Shown piece after piece: positions 55,601 through 64,000 of a stretch of DNA of 64,000 nucleotides. The stretch comes from the human T2T-CHM13v2.0 reference genome, Homo sapiens: NCBI RefSeq assembly GCF_009914755.1, contig NC_060931.1; one strand, 5' to 3'. Made by a program: the position numbers and the translations under genes. Every line of letters begins with the position of its first letter. The first letter of the stretch is position 1. Below the pieces are notes generated by a model. It searched no databases and had not been told where the DNA came from. It saw only the letters and a program-made list of their open reading frames with translations.

Positions 55601-58600
55601 ATTCGATGACTCTATTTGATTCTATTCGATGATAATTCCATTCGATTCCATTCGATGATGATTGCATTCAATTACATTCGAAGATTCCATTCGATGATGA
55701 TTGCATTAAATTACATTCGAAGATTCCATTCGATTCCATTTGATGATGATTCCATTCGATTCCATTTGATTATTCCATTTGATTACATTCGAGGATTCCA
55801 CTCTATTCCATTCGATGATCATTCCATTCGAGTCCATTCAATGATTCCATTCCAGTCCATTTGATGATTCCATTAGATTCCATTCGATGAAGTTTCCATT
55901 TGATTCCATTCAATGATTCCATTTGAGTCCATTTGATTATTCCATTCGAGGCCACTCGATGATCCCATTCGATACCATTCGATGATAATTCCATCGGAGT
56001 GCATTCGATGATGATTCCCTTCGATTCCATTGCATTATTCCGTTTGATTCCATTCGATGATTCCCTTAGATTCCTTTCGATGATGATTCCATTTGATTCC
56101 ATTTGATGATGATTCCATTTGATTCCATTCGATGACGACTCCATTCGATTCCTTTTGATGATGATTCCAATGTATTCCATTCGATTTCTCTATTCAATTC
56201 CATTCATTGATGATTCCATTCGGATCCATTATATAATGATTCTGTTAGGTTCCATTCGATGATGATTCCATTCGATTCCATTCGATGATGATTCCTTTCG
56301 ATTCCATTCAATGATGATTCCATTCGATTCCATTCGATGATTCCACTCAATTACATTCGATGGTGATTCCATTCGTGTCCATTCAATGACTCCATTCGAT
56401 TTCATTCGATGATGATTCCATTCGAGTTCTTTGAATAATTCCATTCAAGTCCATTTGATGATTCCTTTCAATTCCATTCAATGATGATTCCATTCGACTC
56501 CATTCAACGATGATTCCGTGCGATTCCATTCGATGATGACTCCTTTTGGTTCCATTCCATGATGATTCCATTCGGTTCCATTCGATGATGATTCCTTTGG
56601 ATTCCATTCGATGATGATTCCATTCGACTCCATTTGATGTTGATTCTTTTCGATTCCATTTGATGATGATTCCATTTGATTACATTCGATGATGATTCAA
56701 TTCGATTCTATATGATGATGATTCCATTCGAGTCCATTCGATGATTCCATTCTAGTCCGTTCAAAGACTCCATTCAATGATTCCATTCGATTCCTTTCGA
56801 TTATTATTCCATTCGAGTCCATTCGGTGACTCCTTTCGATCCCAATTGAAGATTATTCCATTCGATTACATTTGATGATACCATTCCATACCATTCAATG
56901 ATGATTCCATTCGGTTACATTTGATGATACCATTCGATACCATTCATTGATGATTCCATTCGAGTGCATTCGATGATACCATTCGATTCCATTTGATGAT
57001 TCCATTCCATTCTATGATGATTCCATTTGAGTCCATTTGATGATTCCATTGGACTCCATTTGATGATGATTCCATTCTAATATTCCATTCGATTCTATTC
57101 GATGATGATTCCATTCGATTTCATTCGATGCGCTGATTCCATTTTACTCCATTTGATGATGATTCCGATGAATTCCATTTGATGATTCCATTCCATTCCA
57201 TTCGATGATTCATTTGATTCCATTCGATGATTCCATTTGATTCAATTCGATAATGGTTCCATTCAAGTCATTTGATGATTGCTTTTGATTCCATTCGATA
57301 TTGATTCCAATCAATTCCATTCGATGATTCCATTCGATTCCATTCTATGATTCCATTTGATTCCATTCAATAATGATTCCATTCGAGTCAATTTGATGTT
57401 TCCATTTGAGCCCATTTGATAATTCCATTTGAGTCCAATTGATGAGTCCATTCGAGTCCATTTGATCATTCCATTAGAGTCCATTCAATTATGAATCCAT
57501 TTGGGTCCATTCAATGATTCCATTCGAGTCCATTCGATAATTCCATTTGATTCCATTCGATAATTGCTTTTGATTCAATTTGATTATATTCAGTTTGAGT
57601 CAATTTGTTGATGCCATTTGATTCTATTCGATGATGATTTCTTTCGTGTCCATTCAGTGATTCCATTCGATTTCATTCGATGATGATTCTTTTCGACTCC
57701 ATTAGATGATTCCATTCGATTCCATTTGATGATGATTCTATTCGAGTCCATTCAATGATTCCATTCAATTCCATTCCCTGATAATTGCATTCGAGTCAAT
57801 TCGATGATGATTCTATTCGATTCCATTCGATGATTCAATTCGATTCCATTCTTTGATTCCTTTCGATTCCTTTCGATTATCATTCCATTCGATTCCATTG
57901 GATGATGACTGCATTCGTTCCCATTCGATGATGATTCCAGCATATTCCATTCAATGATGATTCCATTTGATTCCATTCAATGATGATTCCATTCGTTTCC
58001 ATTCTATGATTCCATTCGTTTCCATTCGATGGTGATTCCATTCGTGTCCATTCGATGATTCCATTCAATTTCATTTGATGATGATTCCATTCGTATCCAT
58101 TCAATGACTCCATTCAAGTCTATTTGATGATTCCTTTCATTTCCATTCGATGATGATTGCATTCGAGTCCATTCAATGATTCCATTCAATTCCACTTGAA
58201 GATGATTCCATTCGAGTCCATTTGATGATTCCATTTGATTTCATTTGATGATGATTCCATTCGATTCCATTCGATGATTCCATTCTATTCCATTCGATGA
58301 TGATTCCATTTGATAACACTCGATTATTATTCCATTCGATTTCATTCGATGATTCTATTCGATTACAGTCGATGATGATTCAATTACATTCTATTGGATA
58401 ATTCCTTTTTATTCCATTCGATGATGATTCCATTCGATTCCAAACTATGATTATTCCATTCATTTACACTTAATTATGATTTCATTTGATTTCATTAGAT
58501 GATTCTGTTTGATTCCATTTGATGATGATACAATTGTATTCCATTGGATGATTCCATTCAATTCCATTCGATGATGGTTCCATTCGATTCCATTCGAGGA

Positions 58601-61600
58601 TGATTCCATTTGATTGCATTCAATGAAGATTTCAATCGTGTCCATTCATAGATTCCATTCGATACCATTCGATGATGATTCCATTCGAGTCCATTAGATG
58701 ATTCCATTCCATTCCATTCGATGATGATTCCATTCGATGCAATTCGATGATTCCATTTGATCCCATTCGATGATGATTCCATTCAAGTCCATTCGATGAT
58801 TCCATTAGATTCCATTTGATATTGATTCCATTCGAGTCCATTTGATGATTCCATTCGATTCCTTTTGATGAAGATTCCATTCGAGTCCATTCGAAGATTC
58901 CATATAATGATGATTCCACTCGAGTCCATTTGATTATTCTATTCGAGTCCATTCAATTATTCCCTTTTATACCATTCATTGATGATGCTATTCATTGCCA
59001 TTCGATGATTCCATTTGACTCCACTTGATGATGTTTCCATTAAACTCCAATGGATGATTCCACTTGAGTCCATTCAATGACACCATTCGATTCAATTCGA
59101 TGATGATTCCATTAGAGTCCATTCGATGATGATTCCATTCGAGTCCATTCAATGATTCCATTCGGTTCCATTTGATGATGATTTCATGGGATTTCATTCG
59201 ATGAATCCATTTGATTCCTGTTGATGATTCCATTTGATACCATTTGATGATGATTCCATTTGATTCTCTTAACTGTTGATTCCAATAGATTCCATTCGAT
59301 GGTGATTCTATTCGATTACATTCGATGGTTCCATTCGATTCCTTTCGATGATGATTCCATTCGTTTCCATTCGATGATTCCATTTGATGCCATTCGATGA
59401 TTATTCCATTTGATTCCATTCAATGATTCCATTCGATTCCATTCGATGATGAGCCATTCAGTTCAATTCCATCATTATTCCATTTGATTCAATTCGATGA
59501 TATTTCCATTCAATTCCATTCGATGATGATTCCATTAGATTGCTTTCGATGATGATTCCATTCGAGTCCATTTGTTGATGATTCCATTTGACTCCATTAG
59601 TTGATGATTACTTTGGATTTCATATGATGCTTCTATTTGATTCCATTCGATGATGATTTCATCTCATTCCATTCGATGATTCCATTTGATTCCATTCAGT
59701 GATGATTCCATCAGATAATGATTTCATTTGATTCCATTCGATGATGATTCCATTAGAGTCCATTCGACGATTCCATTCGTGTCCAATTGATGATTCCATT
59801 TGATTCCATTCGATGATGTTTCCATTAGTGTAAATTCGATGAATCCATTCAATGCCATTTGATGATGACTCCATTCGAGTCAGTTATATGATTCCATATG
59901 ATTCCATTAGATGATCATGCCATTTGAGTACATTCAATTATTCCATTTGATTCCATTCGATGATGATTCCATTCGAGTCCATTCAGTGATTCCATTTGAT
60001 TCCATTCGATGATGGTTCCATTCAAGTCCATTCGACGATTACATTCGATTCCATTCAATGAAGATTCCATTTGAGTCCATTCAGTGATTCCATGTGATTC
60101 CATTTGATGCTGATTCCATTCGAGCCATTTGATGATTCTATTTGAATCCATTTGATGATTGCTTTTGATTATACTCAATCATGATTTCATTCGAGTCCAT
60201 TCAATAATTCCATTTGATTCCATTTGATGATGATTCCCTTCAGGTCCATTAGATGATTTCACTCAATTCCATTCCCCAATGATTACTTTCTAGTCCATTA
60301 AATGATTCCACTCGATTCCTTATGATGATGACTCCATTTGATTCCATTCGATGATTCAATTCTATTCCATGAGATGATGATTCCATTCGAGAACATTAGA
60401 TGATTCCATTCAATTCCATTCAATGATGATGCTATTCGTGTCCTTCAGATGATTCCATTTGATTACGTTCAATGATGATTTCATTCTATTCAATCCAATG
60501 ATGATTCCATTCGTGTCCATTAGATGATTCCATTTGATTCCATTCAATGTTGATTCCATTTTTTTTTCCATTCAGTGATGATTCCATTCGGGTCCGTTAG
60601 ACGATTCCATTTGATTCCATTCGATGATGATTCCATTATATTCCATTCAATGTTGATTCCATTAGAGTCCATTAGATGATTCCATTCGATTCCATTCTCT
60701 GATGATTACTTTTGAGTCCATTCGATAATTCCACTCGATTCCATACGATGATGAATCCATTTGATTCCATTCGATGATTCCATTCTATTCCATTAGATGA
60801 TGATTCCATTCGAGTACATTAGATGATTCCGTTTGATTCCATTCAATGTTGATGCTATTCGTGTCCATTAGATGATTCCATTCGATTCCATTCGATGATG
60901 ATTCCATTCGAATCCATTCGATGATTCCATTGGATTCCATTCTCTGATGATTACATTCAAGTCCATTCGATGATTGCACTCGATTTTATATGATGAAGAT
61001 TCCATTCGATTCCATTTGATGATTCCATTCTATTCCATTAGATGATGATTCCATTCGAGTACATTAGACGATTCCATTAGATTCCATTCAATGTTGATGC
61101 TATTCATGTACATTAGATGATTCCATTCTATTCCATTCGATGATGATTCCATTCTATTCAACCCAATGGTGATTCCATTTGGGTCCATTAGATGATTCCA
61201 TTCGATTCGATTTGATGATGATTCCATTTTTTTCCATTCAGTGATGATTCCATTCGGGTCCATTAGATGATTCCATTTGATTCCATTCGATGATCATTCC
61301 ATTATTTTCAATTCGAGGATGATTCCATTCGAGTCCATTCGATGATTCCATTGGATTCAATTCAATGGTGATTCCATTTGGGTCCATTCGATGATTCCAT
61401 TCTACTCCATTTAATGATGATTCCATTCAAGTCCATTCAATGATTCTATTTGAGTCCATTCAATAATTGTTTTCAATTCCATTCGATGATGATTCCATTC
61501 GATACCATTCTATGATTCCATTCGATGTTGATTCCATTTGATTCCATTCGATGGTTCTATTCGACTCCATTCAATGATGATTCCATTCGATTCCATTTGA

Positions 61601-64000
61601 TGATTCCATTTGATTACATTTTATGATGATTACATTCTATCCCATTCGATGATTCCATTTGATTCCATTTGATGATGATTCCATTCGAGTCCATTTGGTG
61701 ATTCCTTTCGATTCTATTTGATGATGATTCCATTCGAGTCCATTCAATGGTGATTCCAGTCGATTCCATTCAATGAGTCTATACGATTCCATTCGATGAT
61801 GATTGCATTTGATTCCTTTGGATGATTCCACTAGAATCCATTCAAAGATGATACCATTCAATTCCATCCGATAATACCATTCCTTTCCATTCAATGGTTC
61901 CAAAGGATTCCATTTGATGATGATTCCATTCGAGTCCATTCGATGATCCTATTCAATTCCATTCGATGATGATTCCATTCGAGTGCATTCAATGATTCCT
62001 ATCGATTCCACTCCATGATGATTCCATTCAAGTCCATCCGATTACTCTATTCGATTCCATTCTATAATGATTCCGTTCTAGTCCATTTTATGATTCAATT
62101 CGAGTCGTTTCGATGATTCCATTCAATTCCATTTGATGATGATTCCATTCGAGTCCATTCGATGCTTCCATTTGATTCCTTTTGATGAGTCTATTCGAGT
62201 CCAATTGAAGATTCCATTCAATTCAATTTGATGCTGATTCTGTACAATTCCATTCCATGATGATTCCATGTGATACCATTCAATGATGATTCATTTTGAT
62301 TCCATTCGATTATGATTCATTTCGAGTTCATTCGATGATTCCACACGTTTCCATTCGATGATGATTCCATTCGAGTCCATTTGATGATTCCATTTGAAAC
62401 CATTTGATGAGGATTCCATTCGATTCCACTCATTGGTGATTCCATTCAATTACATTCAATGATTCCATTCCATTCCATTCGACAATGATTCCGATAGATT
62501 CCATTTGATGATTCCACTTGATTCTATTTGACAATGATTCCATTCGATTCCCTTCATTGGTGATTCCATTCAATTCCATTCAATGATTCCATTTCATTCC
62601 ATTCAACAATGATTCCATTAGATTCCATTCGATGATTCCACTTGATTCCATTTACAATGATTGCATTCGATTCCATTCGATGATTCCATTCAATTCTATT
62701 CGATGATATTTCCATTTGATTCCATTCGACAATGATTGCCTTTGATTCCATTCAATGATTCCATTCGGTTCCATTCGAAGATGATTCCGTTCGATTCAAT
62801 TTGATGATTCCATTTGATTCCATTGGATGATTCCATTCGATTACATTTGATTATTCCATTCGAGTGCATTTGATGATTCCATTCAAGTCCATTCAATGAT
62901 TCCATTCATGTACATTTGATGATTCCATTCGATTCCATTCGATGATGATTCCATTATAGACCATTCGATGATTCCATTCGAGTGCATTTGATACTTGCAT
63001 TCGAGTCCATTCGATGATTTCATTTGATTCCTTTTGATGATTCCATTCGAGTCTGTTTGATCACTCCATTCTAGTCCTTTCGATGATTCCATTTGAAGAT
63101 GATCACATTCAATTCCATATGACGGTGATTCCATTTGAGTCCATTCAATGATCCCATTTGATCCAATTTGATGATGATTCCATTCAAGTCCAATCAATGA
63201 TTCCATTCTATTCCATTTGATGATGATTCCTTTCAACTCCATTCAGTGATTCTATTCAGGTCCATTCAGTAATTGCTTTGGATTCCATTTGATGATGATT
63301 ACATTTGATTCCATTTGATGATGATTAGATTCGATACCTTTCTATGATTCCATTCAATTCCATGCGATGTTGATTCAAGTCAATTCCGTTTGATTATTCT
63401 ATTCTTTTACATTCGATGATGATTATATTTGATTACATTCAATGTTTCCGGTTGAGTATATTTGATGATGATTCCATTCGATTCCATTCAATGATTCCAT
63501 TCAATTCCTTTCAATGATGATTCCATTTGATTCCATTCAATGATGATTGCATTTGTGTCCATTGGATTATTCTATTAGATTCCATTCAATGATGATTCCA
63601 TTCGAGTCCATTAGATGATTCCATTCGATTCCATTCGAGTCCATTAGATGATTCCATTCGATTCCATTCGATGATGATGCCATTCGAATCCATTCAATGA
63701 TTCCTCTTGATTCTGTTCGATGACTCCGTTCGATCCCATTCGATGATTCCCTTTGATTCCATTCTATGATCATTCCAATTGATTCAATTCGGTGATTCCA
63801 TTCGATTGTATTCAATGATGATTCCATTTGACTCCATTCAATGATAATTCCATTCAATTCCATTCGATTATGATTTCATTCCATTCCATTTGATGTTGGT
63901 TCCATTCGAGTCCATTCGATGATTCCATTAGATTCCATTTGATGATGATTCCATTCAATGCCATTCGACGATTCCATTCAATACCATTCAATAATGATTC
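52635..64000 (+). repeat. Diverged HSATII array, CATTC strand on +, continuing beyond the window
   Basis: Over 11 kb of ATTCCATTCG(ATG)1-2 / GAGTCCATTCG units in one orientation. Confidence 0.98.

Noticed and set aside
52514-63863. Dense minus-strand ORFs in the distal array
   Set aside because: Same HSATII translation artefact.

Overview
Human or great-ape pericentromeric heterochromatin boundary. I can support no protein-coding gene, RNA gene or CRISPR array; the listed ORFs come from satellite, low-complexity, Alu or L1 sequence, or are chance length. Layout: a (GAAAT/GATGA)n tract (1-425), then repeat-rich non-satellite DNA X-A-C (426-16530), then an HSATII block with three strand switches and a captured HSat3-type island (16531-24184), then a second copy A'-B-C' (24185-52634), then a long HSATII array (52635-64000). 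A/A' and C/C' form a direct segmental duplication, about 95-98% identical in two spot checks, and share the same L1/HSATII junction. Copy 1 has lost the ~18.7 kb B segment, apparently by a microhomeology-associated deletion. B carries nested transposons, including an L1PA2-like twin-priming insertion in an AluJ linker and a THE1A LTR with an intact DUX4-type motif. The interest here is structural rather than a new coding system. Repeat subfamily names are from memory of consensus sequences and need RepeatMasker/Dfam confirmation. The chromosome cannot be assigned from the sequence alone.
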